A DNA stretch of 64,000 nt from Podarcis filfolensis (lineage: Eukaryota). Position numbers and translations under genes: made by a program. Location: the NCBI GenBank assembly GCA_964270895.1, contig OZ185447.1, one strand, 5' to 3'. A model generated the notes under the pieces. The model ran no database searches, was not told where the DNA came from, and was given only the letters and a program-made list of their open reading frames with translations. Shown here piece after piece: positions 48,114 through 60,554 of the stretch; the first letter of the stretch is position 1, and each line of letters starts with the position of its first letter.

Positions 48114-49436
48114 GTGTTTTTTTTTCTGGGGGTACGCAGGGGTACGCATACTCATAAACATTTTGTGAATCTAAGTTTGGCCTCATTGAGGGGCAGTATT
48201 TCAATATAAGTAGGAAAATGAGAGTACCCCTAAACATTTTTTTAAGCTCTCTCTCTCTCTCTCTCTCTCTCTTTCTATCTATATATCTATATCTATATCT
48301 ATATCTGTCTGTCTGTCTGAACTGTTCGAAATGGGTATGCATGCAAAATAGCTTTTAACCAATCTAGTGCTCTTCAGAAGTATTGGACTACAACTCCCAT
48401 CAGCCCAGGCCGGCACATAATAGGAGGAATGAGACAGAAGCACTATTTTAAGACCGGAGGAGGGATATATAGTGCAATAGCTATTGTAGACCCTGTGTGA
48501 GAGTAGAGGAATTGCACTGAATAATAGTTTTGTTAAGGGATATTAAGGTCCAAGGAAATGGTTAAATAACAGAGAAGCTGAATTTGTGTGTGTGTGTGGG
48601 GGGGTATATTTTAGGGCAGAAACTTACAAAGGAATATCGCAAAACATGGAAAGACTCCCAATGAAAAGTAAAGGCTCTGACTGAGTAGAGGAAAGGATAT
48701 TTTGGTTGAGAGGTATGAAGAGCTATTCAAAAGTGGAAAGAAACACAGGAATGGAGTAATAAATAAGGACACATAGGGGAGATACAAAATGATGAGGGCT
48801 GCACGGGCCCAAGCGGAGGTGGAACGGCACCATTCAGCATGAGGTGAAAGGTTGTGGAGTGAAGGGATATGGCCAGGAGGAGAAAGGAGCTGAGGTGATT
48901 TAGAGGTGGAAGAATCCTGAGGAGAAGCCATTGTGTTCTAGCTGCAATGGCATCAATAGATGTGGGTGAGCAAGTGAAGAAGGGAGGCCTCAGGCCTGAG
49001 TTTGATGGAGGTGGACAAGTGGGGGAAGAGAGCTTCATAGGAAGGCGGAGGGCATCAACAATCCCAGATTTCATGGAGGTAAGTGAAATGTAAGGTTTGC
49101 CCCATGTCACAGAGATGCAAAAAAAAAAAGTGTGTGGGGGGGGGAATATATTTTTGCAGCACTATTTAAAAGGAAAAATGTCACATGAGGGGGCGAAGGG
49201 ATATGGCCAGAGAAAAGGAAAACAGGCCATTTTAGTGACGTAGAAATGCTCAGGGAAGGTCAGTGGAGTTCCAAAATGTGCAGTGTTGGAATGGTTTTTA
49301 GTTTGCTGTGATTTTTCCTGCTGTATTGATAGTGAGTCGCATGGGATTAAATTGAAAGCGAAGTCACTTAGGATCCCTTGCGCCTGCCCCTCTGGACATG
49401 GAGTTCGGTTGCTACTTAGAAGTGAGGGGAAAATGC

Positions 49437-49467
<31 letters not shown>

Positions 49468-52400
49468 CCCTTGTGAAAACAGAGGCATCTTCTTGCCACA
49501 CTTCCACAAAATAGCGGTGGTGGTTCAGGAATATGTTGATGGATTAATATTTGTGCCAATTCCAGAGTGTCTGTAAGGGAATGAGCATTGGAAGGCTGCC
49601 GTTTCTGGAGCTTGGTGAAAAGAACAGGCACAAAAAATAATATGGAGTGGGGTGTTGGTCTCACAGAAAGCTAAATTAACTTTCTGGGGAGGGTCTCCTG
49701 TGCTATTTCTCTAAAATGAAGCTCTGTCTTACATTTGTGCTATTCTAAACACATTTCCTCTGAAGTCCTTTAGAATTTGACGGAGTTGATGTTCGCCTGA
49801 GAATTCTCAGGACTGCCGCCTTATTTTAATGGCCAGTTTTTTATTTGATTATCATTTGCTGATGAAAAAAAGTGCCTTTCCTTCAGGGATAAGCAATGGG
49901 GGTGGGCAGTGAGGGCGGGAAATGGATAAATCATTTGTCCAAGGTGACACATCCCTGCTTCCTGCCACCAATGGGGAAGGGCCTTTTAGATGCAAATATT
50001 AAATTTATAACAGCGGCCTTGTTTCTCACCTGTGGATTCTGGTAGGCCGTGACAGTCAGAAACTGGGTCTCGGGAAAGGTGAAGGAAGCGCAGCCACTGC
50101 CTGCCCCACGGCGTCCTCCGGCTCCAACCACATGTATCCTCGGCTGGTAACGGTGCATGGAGTGAACAATCAGCTGAGAAGGGGGTGCAAGAGCCAGAGG
50201 TGAGTCTTATTATTTATTTACTTGTCCAAACAGTTTTTCCTACTATATTTCATTTTTAATGCAAACAGATATTTTAGCTCCCGTTATAGTCAGGGCCAGT
50301 GTAAATTCTGTGAATCTGCCCGAAGCACAGGCTTTTTTATGTTAACTTGCAGGATTCACTCGCTTAAGAATCTCTGTTTTATCGTACATTAAGAAGGAGA
50401 GCAAGATTCTAGTCCTCACAGCTACATAATGAGGCTTCAGTCCCTGGTGAAATCACATGGACCGAGTAGACTTCTAATGATCCAAATATGGGGCTTCAGG
50501 GAGCTGCATAGTTACTTGCTCTTTCTCATGAATGATGGAAGCAAAATAAATTACGCACAGAATCACAGAAGTGTAGAGTTGGAAGGGACCCCGAGGGTCA
50601 TCTAGTCCGACCCCCTGCGATTCTGGAATCTCAACTACAGCATACGTGAGAGAGAAAGCAATATATCTACGTGTGTTTAGTTTATATAATTTGCAGACGA
50701 TGTAGAATTACAGAATGCTGGAGGAGATTTTATTTTAAGCACAAATTGTACAAAACCCTGGGCATGCCTCTTTGCTATATAACCCATAGCCATAATCCGT
50801 TATTGTTATCAATCTGAACCGCCCAGTATCTGTTAGTGCCATTCTTTTAACCCATTTTTCCCTTGAGGCGCTCAGAGCATTCCCTACAGCTATATTCCTT
50901 TCCACTAAATATCCTATGGTTCCATATAGCCTCATGCCCAAAGTGCCCTTTCCCCCTGGCCATACATGTCCGTGGGGATCCAGTGTGTTGTTGGTGAGCT
51001 TGAGCCGGTGGAAGGATACAGGTTGGCGCATCCAGTGGGCGCCTGATGCAGGCGAGTCGGGGTGGATGTAGACCCTGTCTGGTGGGGGCAGTTCAGCCTT
51101 GCCACTGGCGTCCCACCGCTTGCCATGCCATTTGTACCGGGAGCTGCCCACCGGGACCACATCCACTAGCAGCAGGTACTTGGCTTCAGGATCCAGTCCT
51201 GTTACTGAAACTTTCAGCTGTGGAAACATCCGCCTGCAAAGTTGATTAAAAATGTGGGTTAGAATATTTTAATTGGGCAGGTTGTGTGTGTGGGGGGGGG
51301 GAGGTTTAATCAGTGAGACATAACAAAGGGCGGGGGGGGGGGAGAATAGAACCACCACTTATTCCTGCTGCCGCCAACACCCTCAGCAGTAGTTGGCACA
51401 AATTATTTATTTTTTTCATTTTTGATGCTGACAAATTCAGAAAAATAAAAGAGCAGGGTGAGTGATCCTGTCATACTGGACTTCTATGTACAGGGAAAAG
51501 TGAAGAAAATTAACAGTTCCTGATGATATACATCCCATCTCAGTACTAAGCTGCATACAACACAGCGGAAACTCCCTAAAATTGTTCAAGTGTGCATATA
51601 TATGCCTCTGACATGAAGGTTCCATTAGTTGCAGATAGTTGTATTCTGTGTGTGTGTGTCTAAGTCTAAGTGTCTAATCTTTCCAAAGTCATCTCAGCTA
51701 GTGATCATCATCACATCATGTGGCATTGAATCCCGTGGATTAATTCCGAGTAATGTGAATAAGTTATTTCGTCTTTTGTGTGCTTTGAATGTACTGTCTA
51801 TCATTTCATTTTGATGACACTTCGCTCCAGGATCTAGTATGGAACTTACAGGAGGGATGAAGGAAATAGAGAGCTATGTTTATCAGCCTCTCCTCTTCCT
51901 CGATTCTGAGTTTCTTGAGCAGTAATTTCAAAGGAGAAAGGGGATATGCACTGACTCTGATTACTCAGTACTGGGAAAGATGCAATCTGCATTGGTTCAG
52001 AAGCATTGGTTTTGCATGTGGCTGGGAATCTCTAGCACTGGACAGGGTTCTGGAGCTCAAGGTCCACTTTTTTCTCTTTTACCTCCTGCCTGGCATCTCA
52101 CCTGCCTGCCTTGGTGATGATCATCTCTGTTCCAATCCCACTGAAACGCTTCCAAAGTTCTCCATTCTCCAGGCTCATCCGTACTCCCGGGGGTAGGCGT
52201 GTAGTTGGTGGGGGGCCGGATGGGAGAGGCTGGCCTGTCCCATAAGGGAGGCCAGGAGCAGAGGGCAGGAGGCGCCCTGGGGGTTCCAACCCAGGGAAGA
52301 AGCTATCCAGCTTAGGGGCAGCATCAAGTTCTGATGGCAGGGAAGAGAAGAGAAGGGAACAAGTCAGAAAAGAGGCCTGATGGAGCTGAGGGATATTGGT

Positions 52401-53446
52401 TGAGCTGGTGGGGGGGGGGCGGGAAAGACAGGGGCTTGCAGGCAAGACTGAGGGGCTTCATCCCAGGAATTTGTCACCCTCCTGCTGGTTTCCGCCTGTT
52501 TGCTCCCCCCTCACATCTCCCCCGACCAGTTGGTCTTGGGTGCTAAAAGTCCAGCTGATGGGAGCAGGAAGCAAGCAATGGAATTTATGTGAATTTTGCA
52601 TTTCTTCTGTCCCAGCCTGCCCTCCCACTGGCCTGTTAAACCCACAACTGCTTTCTTCTTTTCTGGGTACCGCTGAGTCCTACTCATGCCCCTCCTTTGG
52701 GTGCCTGCTCTCAGCCTTCCTCTTGCCCCCCCCCCTTCAGATTCTAAGTCCTACATTTCTCCCAGAGCATAAAGCAACTCTGGCCTCCAAATCCCTTTGC
52801 CCCATTCAACCATCTCTGAGAATTCAGCAGTCTTGGTTCCCACCCAGTCCCCATTCTGTTCTATCCCACTTCTCTCCTGCCAAGCACAGAAGTCCTGGGT
52901 TGCAGACTTCCCCCTCCCCTGTCTCTAAACCACTCTCCCTCCCAAAGAACCTGGAAGTCCTCCTTATTATAGTTCCATCTGCTCTAATCTCTTAAGACAT
53001 TGCAATTCCACCCCACTCCCATTCTAAAGAATCCCACAAACTGTGGCTCTCATATGTTTCCGTTCTTTTATCCCACCCTTCTTCCAAGGAGTCTAGGGAA
53101 GCACATGCGGTCTTCTTCCTCAACAACCATGTAAGGTAGGTTATATTAGAATGAGACATGGTGACTGGCCCAGCATCAGCCAGTGGCTGAAATGAGGATG
53201 CACTTCAGCTCAGTCAACATTTTTGGTATGTGATTGCTCCTTTACTCACCCTTGTAATCTTACTTTGGCTTTTAATTTCCCTCCCCCTCCCCCTCTCCCA
53301 CCACCATATCCCAATTTCTCACCTGGATATCTGAAGGCTTCATATTGAGGTGCCTGACCCTGGGGATACCCAGCCCCGGGAGGTGGCGGAGGTCGCAGAG
53401 GATAGGAGCCCCCATACTGTGAGAACATCTCTGTGGGGTGATACAT
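44261..53446 (-). CDS. TBX6: T-box transcription factor TBX6, 448 aa
   Basis: Eight coding exons: 53446-53323 (MYHP...), 52330-52102 (…[24 protein letters not shown]), 51233-50966 (RMFP…[28 protein letters not shown]), 50173-50030 ([11 protein letters not shown]…[14 protein letters not shown]), 47701-47631 ([17 protein letters not shown]), 47233-47166, 46499-46307, 44510-44261. Total 1347 nt with consistent phases. Lies between PPP4C and YPEL3, as in mammals. Confidence 0.95.
45480..45705. mobile_element. Tigger/pogo-like MITE in the last TBX6 intron
   Basis: Same family as the 21360 and 23109 copies (CAGTGGTACCTCGGGTTA...GAGGTACCACTG). Confidence 0.88.
45765..45895 (-). mobile_element. Squam3-like SINE
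   Basis: Reverse-complement tail GAGTTGGAAGGGACC…GTCCAACCC and tRNA-like head. Related fragments at ~50560-50640 (-) and ~59540-59610 (+). Confidence 0.6.
48068..48315. repeat. (AT)n and (CT)n/(CTATAT)n microsatellites flanking a probable MITE relic
   Basis: Directly visible, in a TBX6 intron. Confidence 0.85.
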
Positions 53447-53779
53447 GGGGTGCTGCAGGAAGCCTTGGAGCCAGGACTTCTGGGTTCTCTGGGAAAGGAG
53501 TGAGGACCTAGTGGGTTAGAACAGGTGAGACTGGAAGCCAGGGCTCCTGCTTTCTCTGGGTAGGAAGGAAGGTCTAGAGGGTTAGAGGGATGGTGCAAGT
53601 CGTAAGGGGACCTCTGGGGGAGTGGGGTGCAGAGTAGGAGCCTGGAAGGAAGGGAGGCTGTTCGGCTAGAGCAGGGTTGAGGGGCTGGGAGCCAGCTTTC
53701 CCCGGTTCTGTCTCTGGAGGCAAGTCTGGGATGCATCCACCCTGCAGATCCTCTCTTTCCCCGAGGAGCCCCTGGCTGG

Positions 53780-53845
53780 GGCTGTATTTATGATTCTGCT
53801 AAGACCCTTTGAAGTGAGACCCCAAATGGCACATTCACACCTCAA
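53780..53845 (-). promoter_or_regulatory. Candidate TBX6 core promoter with TCF/LEF and T-box half sites
   Basis: CATAAATA on the minus strand (53785-53792), CTTTGAAG at 53807-53814 and TCACACCT at 53835-53842, ~350-400 bp upstream of the ATG. Confidence 0.4.
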
Positions 53846-54555
53846 GAGGGGAGGGGTTTGGGGCTTAAGGCAGGGGAACAAGGGAGAGAAGTAGCAGGGA
53901 CATATATATTCTCTGTCGCAGGGCGTCCCATCCTTACACACCTCCTAGCTATTTCTGTCAACATTGCTCTATTTTATCCCACTTCCTCCTTCCCTGCTAT
54001 TTCATCTCTGGCCTGTGTGCTGTCATGCAAGATGTGTGCAGAATCCACTCCTCCCTCCCCATTCCTGTCCAATCCCCACTTCATCTCTTCTGTCCCAATT
54101 TAAGCCCCCCCCATGCCCAGTCCCACCTCAGACTTCATTAAGAACAGTCAGCTGAGTCCCTTTCTGAGCCCACCACTTGATTTCTCCTAATTGCCTAATT
54201 AACACCCTTGCTCCAAAGTTTCCTGATTGATCCTGACCTATGGGATCCTTGGTTTACAAGTGGGTGAGGGAGGAGGTGCCATGGTCATTTGTCATCCAGA
54301 TGTTTTCACAGCTGGACAGGACAGCTGCAAAGGGACTGTCAGATCCTTGGGAGTGCAGAGTAGGTCCTTGAGTTTATATCCACAGTTGGAGAGCCAGGAT
54401 ACCTTGGTTCTCTGGAAGCTCATTGTGATACAATATTTTCTAAACTGTTAATTTAATTGGTCGTGGAAACTACTATGTGATTGCACACTATAATGGCACA
54501 AGTGGAACAGACAGAGGAGTAATTAAGTATTGTGATGCCTCAGGATGTATTATGC

Positions 54556-54793
54556 CAGGCGTGTCCAAAGTCTGTTTCGGGGGCCTAATCCTGCCCACCA
54601 GTCGATTTAATTCAGCCCCTGTGGCACTTTATCTCCTGGGGTAAAATCCTAAAAAACCCCCAACAACTTCAATCCTAAAAAAACCTCACAACTTTGGGGT
54701 AAAATCATAAAAAGGTCAACAACTTTGGTCGGCCCTCACGGCCCTTCACTTCATCAAATCTGGCCCTCTTTGAAAAAAGTTTGCACACCACTG
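54556..54793. mobile_element. hAT-type MITE with internal subterminal repeats
   Basis: Ends CAGGCGTGTCCAAA...TTTGCACACCACTG, flanks ATTATGC/ATTACGC, three copies of AAAATCCTAAAAA…CAACAACTT. Confidence 0.65.
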
Positions 54794-55105
54794 ATTACGC
54801 TGTTGATGGTAAGATGTATGCATAGCCCTATTCAACAAAAGAGGAGTGTCTGTAATCAACAAGAATGTTCTTTAACAAATCAAAGGTCAAAATTCTGTAT
54901 TTGTTCACTTTTATGTGTTTTTGTTCTGTCCTTCCACTAAGGAACTTAGGGCAGTGAATAGGGTTGTTTCCCCACGTTTTCTTCAGAAGAGCCCTGTGAG
55001 GTGGTCAGACCGAGAGGTAATGACTGGCCAAAGGCCACGCAGTGAGCTTCATGACTGAGTTGGGGTTTGAACCTGCATCTACCCAGCCCTAATGTGACAT
55101 TCTAG

Positions 55106-55390
55106 GGACGTGGGTGGTGCTGTGGGTTAAACCACAGAGCCTAGGACTTGCCGATCAGAAGGTCGGCAGTTCGAATCCCCGTGACGGGGTGAGCTCCCGT
55201 TCTGGCAGGAAGATAAACGGCGTTTCCGTGCGCTGCTCTGGTTCACCAGAAGTGGCTTAGTCATGCTGGCCACTTGAACCGGAAGCTGTACGCCGGCTCC
55301 CTCGGCCAATAAAGCGAGATGAGCGCCGCAACCCCAGAGTCGGTCATGACTGGACCTAATGGTCAGGGGTCTACCTTTACCTTTACCTTT
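55106..55390 (+). mobile_element. Sauria SINE with an internal deletion, inserted in an older SINE
   Basis: GGGACGTGGGTGG…GTTCGAATCCCC head, (ACCTTT)n tail, 16-bp TSD TAATGTGACAT(T/G)CTAG. Lacks roughly 70-80 nt that are present in the 8280-8630 copy. Confidence 0.9.
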
Positions 55391-55729
55391 TAATGTGACA
55401 TGCTAGTCCCCGCTGTGCCACACTACATCTCCAATTATGCTCCCATAAAGGCTGAATTCTGCAACCTGACCAATTTGTGCCAGTTAAACAAATCTGCACG
55501 CAGTTACTAATTTGGCAGAATTTATTCTCCTTTTCCTAGCCATGATAAAAGGGCAAGGAGCTAGCTAAGTCACAGAAGTCCTTCTCCTGATTGCCGGAAG
55601 TTATTTGGCTTTGCTGCTGACTTTGTAGACTTCACTGGAAATTATGTCTGTGTTTATGTCTCTGTGGTTCTAAGGGCAGGACACTAGAATTCTTAAAATA
55701 TAAGGTGATGAATTCTGCACCCATATATT

Positions 55730-56588
55730 TTTTTTGTTTGATTTATACACCACCCTTTATTTAAAGATCCCGGGGCTGTATACAACTTTAATAACATAAT
55801 TTACACAACATAATAATAAAAATATAATGCACAGCATAATAATAAAATAATCATAACAACAGTCTCCCCCACATTTAACAGGCCATAGGTTATTTAATGG
55901 TCGAAGGCCTGGGTAAAGAGGAATGCTTTTGCCTGGTGCCTAAAGACATGTAATGATGGCGCCAGATCAGCCTTTTGGGAGAGAGCATTCCACAAATGGG
56001 CAGCCACCACCGAAAAGGCCCTTTCTCATGTTGCCACCCCCCAAACTTCTTGGGAAGGGAGGGTGTAAAGAAGGGGCTCAGGTGACAAGTGCAGGGTCTG
56101 GGTTGGTTTGTATGGGGAGAGGCCGCCCTAAAGGTATTGGGGTCCTGAGCTGTGCAAGGCTTTATAGGTCAGCACCAGCACTTTGTATTGGGCCTGGGAA
56201 CTAATTGGCAGCCAGTGCAGTCAGGTCAGGATCAGCGTTAATGTGGTCAAACTGTCTTGTTCTTTAGCAAGGCTGACGGGGAAAATCCGACACCAGAGCG
56301 ACCAAGCTTTCCAGAGAGAGTGGAGTAAATTTATTCAATATATAGACAGTTATTGTAAACATGTAAAGACACTAGCAGGACTGAGATAAATCATGCAGTG
56401 TTTATTGGAAGAAATTTTCTATTTTGTGCATTAAGTTTAGGATAAGTTAGGATAAATGTAGAATTGAGACGGTATAAATGTGTGAATTTAAGATATGCTT
56501 TATAAAAACCAGATGACAGAACGGAGGGAAGTCAAGTGGCTTGGTGGAGCTAAAAACGTATAAATGGAGATATGACGTTATAATATTG

Positions 56589-56642
<54 letters not shown>

Positions 56643-56790
56643 CAAACTGTCTTGTTCTGGTGAGCAACCTGGCTGTCAAATTTTGCACCTGCTGAAGTTT
56701 CCAAGCCGTCTTCACAGGCATCCCCATGTATAACGCATTGCAGTAATCCAGTTTAGAGATTACTGGAGCGTAGGCCACAGAGGTTAGGCT
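55730..56790 (-). mobile_element. L2 LINE 3' fragments, interrupted by an (AT)n microsatellite
   Basis: Minus-strand translation ISKLDYCNALYMGMP…KLQQVQNLTARLLT, typical of the L2 RT C-terminal region; L2-type tail near 55730. Confidence 0.7.
56590..56640. repeat. (AT)n microsatellite
   Basis: Directly visible. Confidence 0.95.
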
Positions 56791-56829
56791 ATCCTTGTTC
56801 CGAAGGCATTCCGTGCCACCTCTGTACAG

Positions 56830-56960
56830 GGATGTGCCCTACACCTTCTGCTGTAGAGACAGATGCAACATGCTCATTCAGCTTCTCTGCAAACTCATTT
56901 CCCTCATTTAGCACACCTTTGACTGCCTTGTTGTCTGAAGGTCCAAATGCCTCCTTGCCA
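56830..56960 (-). mobile_element. CR1 LINE ORF2 fragment
   Basis: Minus-strand translation …EFAEKLNEHVASVSTAE, the motif preceding the CR1 RT domain. Confidence 0.5.
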
Positions 56961-57478
56961 AGTTGCCTGCTTCTGGTGTGTTTCAATACCATTTTTAGCT
57001 GTTGTTTTTAGTAATGTGCTCCTCTGTTTCTTTCTTTCTTTCTTTCTTTCTTTTGCATCCCTTATTGTCTGCTTGCTTCTTTTCTTTTTTTGGCCAGAGT
57101 TTTGTGTTCCCTTTTGTTCTCATTTGGACAAGAATGAGAACAAGAGGTCTTCCATTTTCTGAAGGAAAGACCTCTTACTGCAATAGCTTCCTTGACTCTT
57201 CTCATGAACTGTGCTGGCGTCCTCTTGGCCCTTGTGGTACTTTTCCTGACCTGTGTGGTACACATTGTAGCCGAACTTCTCTTGTGGTTTTGAACAAACG
57301 TCAAGCGTTCTGGAGAGATTTAAACCCCTTAACTTCCTTCCTACCATTCCCCTAATTTCTGGAGAGGTTTCCTCTTTTGACATGAAACATGACTGTTGGA
57401 CTTTCCTGGCAGTTCACTTAAATATAAGTCACATTTGATAGCATTATCCTTGCCGTTTCCAGTTACTTCAAAAATAAA

Positions 57479-57772
57479 AGCTGGATAGCTCAGTTGGTTA
57501 GAGCATGGTGCTGATAATGCCAAGGTTGCAGGTTCAATCCCCGTAAGGCACAGCTGCATTTTCCTGCATTTGCAGGGGGTTGGATTCCGCGGTTCTCAAC
57601 CTGTGGGTCCCCAGATGTTGTTGAACTACAACGCCCATCATCCCTGAGCTCCGGCCTTGCTAGCTAGGGGTGATGGGAGTTGTAGTTCAACAACATCTGG
57701 GGACCCACAGGTCAAGAAAGGCTGGATTAGATGATCCTCAGGGTCGCTTCCAACTCTGCGATGCTATAATCT
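57479..57772 (+). mobile_element. tRNA-Ile-like-headed SINE (Squam3-like) interrupted by a palindromic MITE (57587-57724)
   Basis: Head TAGCTCAGTTGGTTAGAGCATGGTGCTGATAATGCCAAGGTTGCAGGTTCAATCCCC. The CR1-like tail is split by a ~138-bp near-perfect inverted repeat. Confidence 0.8.
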
Positions 57773-58309
57773 TGCACTAGGACCTACACTTCATGGCCCA
57801 CGTAAGATGAAGGCCAGGGTTGCTGCTTCTTTGGTCAGTTCCATGACCAGTTGTTCTAAGGCATAGCCATTGTGTGCATTTGTTTTTACTGAAACATGTG
57901 TGTACTTGAAACCACATGAACGTATAAATAACACAGAGGGGCCCAAAGTGTTGTTGGTGTTTTTAAAATTACTTTCTTAACAACCCTGCTTTAAGAATAA
58001 CTTGCTTGGTATGCCACTGTGTGAGCTTTCGAGTTGTGCCAAGAGATATTGGGGTAAAAGCACAATGCCCCAACTTTTTCTGATGGGCAGCAACTGGGCA
58101 GCACTGTAATGATGCCAATACTGTGTGTGGGATTTGAGCGCCCTCTTCTGCTGCTTTAAGGAAATGCCCAATGAAAATAGAGAATTTGCATCCTCTTCCT
58201 GCCTAAGCAACCTTCCCTCTCCCTGAATCCTGCCCACTGCCTTTGGCATTCTTGGAGGGTGGGGGTTAAAGGGATGGAGGAATGAGATTGGCCGTGTCAC
58301 TTCTCGTTA

Positions 58310-58865
58310 TATTAAGTGAAGGTTAATACACATCACTTGGGAAGACAGGCGAACTAATATCAGTGTACTGGATGAAGCAAAGATCACCAGTGTTAAAGCA
58401 ATGATTCTTCAACATCAACTTTGTTGGACTGGTCATCTTGTGTGGATGCCTGACTATCATCTTCCAAAGCAACTACTCTATTCCGAACTTAAAAATGGAA
58501 AGCGTGATGCTGGTGGTCAACAAAAGAGGTTTAAAGACTGTCTCAAGGCAAATCTCAAAAAAGTACTGTAGTATAAACACTGACAACTGGGAAACACTGG
58601 CCTGTGAGCGCTCCAGGTGGAGAACAGCCTTTACCAAAGGTGTCATGGACTTTGAAGACACTCAAACTCAGAAGACAAGGGAGAAACATGCTAAGAGGAA
58701 GGCACGCTTGGCAAATCCACACCGTGATCAACTCCCACCCAGGAACCAATGTCCCCACTGTGGAAGGACGTGGGTCCAGAACTGGCCTCTACAGTCACTT
58801 ACGGACTCGTTGTTAAAATCCGTGTTTATGGAAGACAACCTTACTCGGCTACGAAGAAGATATTA
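58310..58865 (+). mobile_element. RTE-clade LINE 3' fragment (frameshifted)
   Basis: Translates as ITWEDRRTNISVL…WTGHLV.MPD.HLPKQLLYSELKNGKR..GGQQKRFKD…NWETLACERSRWR…CPHCGR, the RTE C-terminal signature. Confidence 0.8.
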
Positions 58866-58884
58866 AGCAAAGGTAGAGTTTGGA

Positions 58885-59013
58885 AAGTGTTCTCGAAGCT
58901 ACAAACATGAGTCTGACCAAACTGCGGGAGGCAGTGGAAGACAGACGTGCCTGGCGTGTTCTGGTCCATGGGGTTCACGAAGAGTCGGACACGACTAAAC
59001 GACTAAACAACAA
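58885..59013 (+). mobile_element. BovB/Sauria-type 3' tail fragment
   Basis: ACATGAGTCTGACCAAACTGCGGGAGGCAGTGGAAGACAG…GAGTCGGACACGACTAAACGACTAAACAACAA. Confidence 0.75.
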
Positions 59014-60482
59014 AGAGTATGTAAGACTCTTGCTGTAGGTAGTTACTATGGGAGATGGCAATGTTAGCAGACAAGCTCCCCACAATTCCTGCCAAGGCCT
59101 CTCCCTCCCTGTTAAGCATGGAATAAGTGTTCAAGGGTTCATCTCTGCTGTCTCCGGATCAGTAAAACTCAGTTTATTTGTAGCTGCTCCTGATACTAAT
59201 ATGCTTTGAGGATTTCTATGAAGCAGATTCCATTACAGCTTTCTGATTATTGGGGGTGGGGGAGGGGGAAAAATATATCCGCGCTTGAATCCCATCTAGA
59301 ATTCTATCTTTGCCTCCCAACCCTAAATGCCTGTCGTTCTAGCCATCTGTCTGGGCTGGGATAGCAGTCACACCTGCCCTGTGCCAATGGCAGTTGAATC
59401 CAGGAGGGTGATGACAGCAGCCTCTCTATAGATGCACAGCTGTTGGGGGTCGGGGAAAATGGAAATCTTTTGCTCTCTAAAATGGAACTCCCAGACCTGT
59501 GGCACCAGAAGCTGGTGGCCTGAGCCCACGCAGGCACAGCTGTGTGCATGTTTCATGTATTGCAGCGGGTTGGACTAGATGACCCTCAGTGTCCCTTCCA
59601 ACTCTGCAGTTCCATGATTTTATTCAAAGGCTGTATATTGCTGATGAGAGGATGCTGGGAGCAAACCTGGTGCAGCATCACGATAGTCACTGTTGGGAGA
59701 CAGGACACTGGGCAGAATAGGTTTTGTTCTGGGCCAGTGAGCTGGTTCTTAAGTTTTAAAAACACTTTCATAGATACTTAAATAAAATAGGAAAGCAATC
59801 CTTTTGTCCTCTGAGTTATTGTGGCAAGAGAAAGGTATGATGTGGCAACTAATTCATATTAGGGGGTCAAAAGAACATGCCACATAGTGTGGCGCAAGTA
59901 TTTTAATCCAAGTTTGCCGTTTGCAAGAACTGCTCCAATTAAGAGTTGCATATTGCCAGATACTGTATGTGGGTTAATGCAAAATTGGCGGTCTAATTCT
60001 GTCACTGGGCAGCAGAGGGAGCTATTGAGCAGCGCCGTATAGGACAAAGGAATTGTGGTTGAAGTGGGTCAGTAGGCGTCTTTGAAGATGCAAGCGCTTA
60101 TGCATATAATTTGTAGCTTTGGGGGCATGATGGGAAGGAGAAGTTGCTAAATCCTCTTGCTTCATAACCAGAGAAGAGAAGGGGAACTACGCTAGCTGAT
60201 CTCCCTCTCAGTTCCTTCCTGGTCTTCTTATTCTTCAGCTGTTGAATTGTCTGGGACTTGGAAAATCCACCTTCTTTGAAATTATGCTGTAGGTTTGGTT
60301 GTTGTCAAGAGATGTGGTGAACGCCATCCTAGTGCAGAAGGAAACCTGCAAAATGAATTGTCTGTGATAGGTGAGCTAGTCTCCCAGATAAAATGGGCAG
60401 GATGAGCAAACCATACTTTGCACCCGAGTTTTCCAATTCTTCACCAAGGAAGGAGACTCATTGCTCTTGGATCTTTGAAACG

Positions 60483-60486
<4 letters not shown>

Positions 60487-60553
<67 letters not shown>
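60487..60553. repeat. Compound microsatellite (CT)n(GT)n
   Basis: Directly visible. Confidence 0.95.

Positions 60554-60554
<1 letters not shown>

Noticed and set aside
57479-57552. Apparent tRNA-Ile(GAU) gene
   Set aside because: The acceptor stem does not pair and the sequence runs into a CR1-like SINE tail also seen at 24251, so it is a SINE head rather than a functional tRNA.
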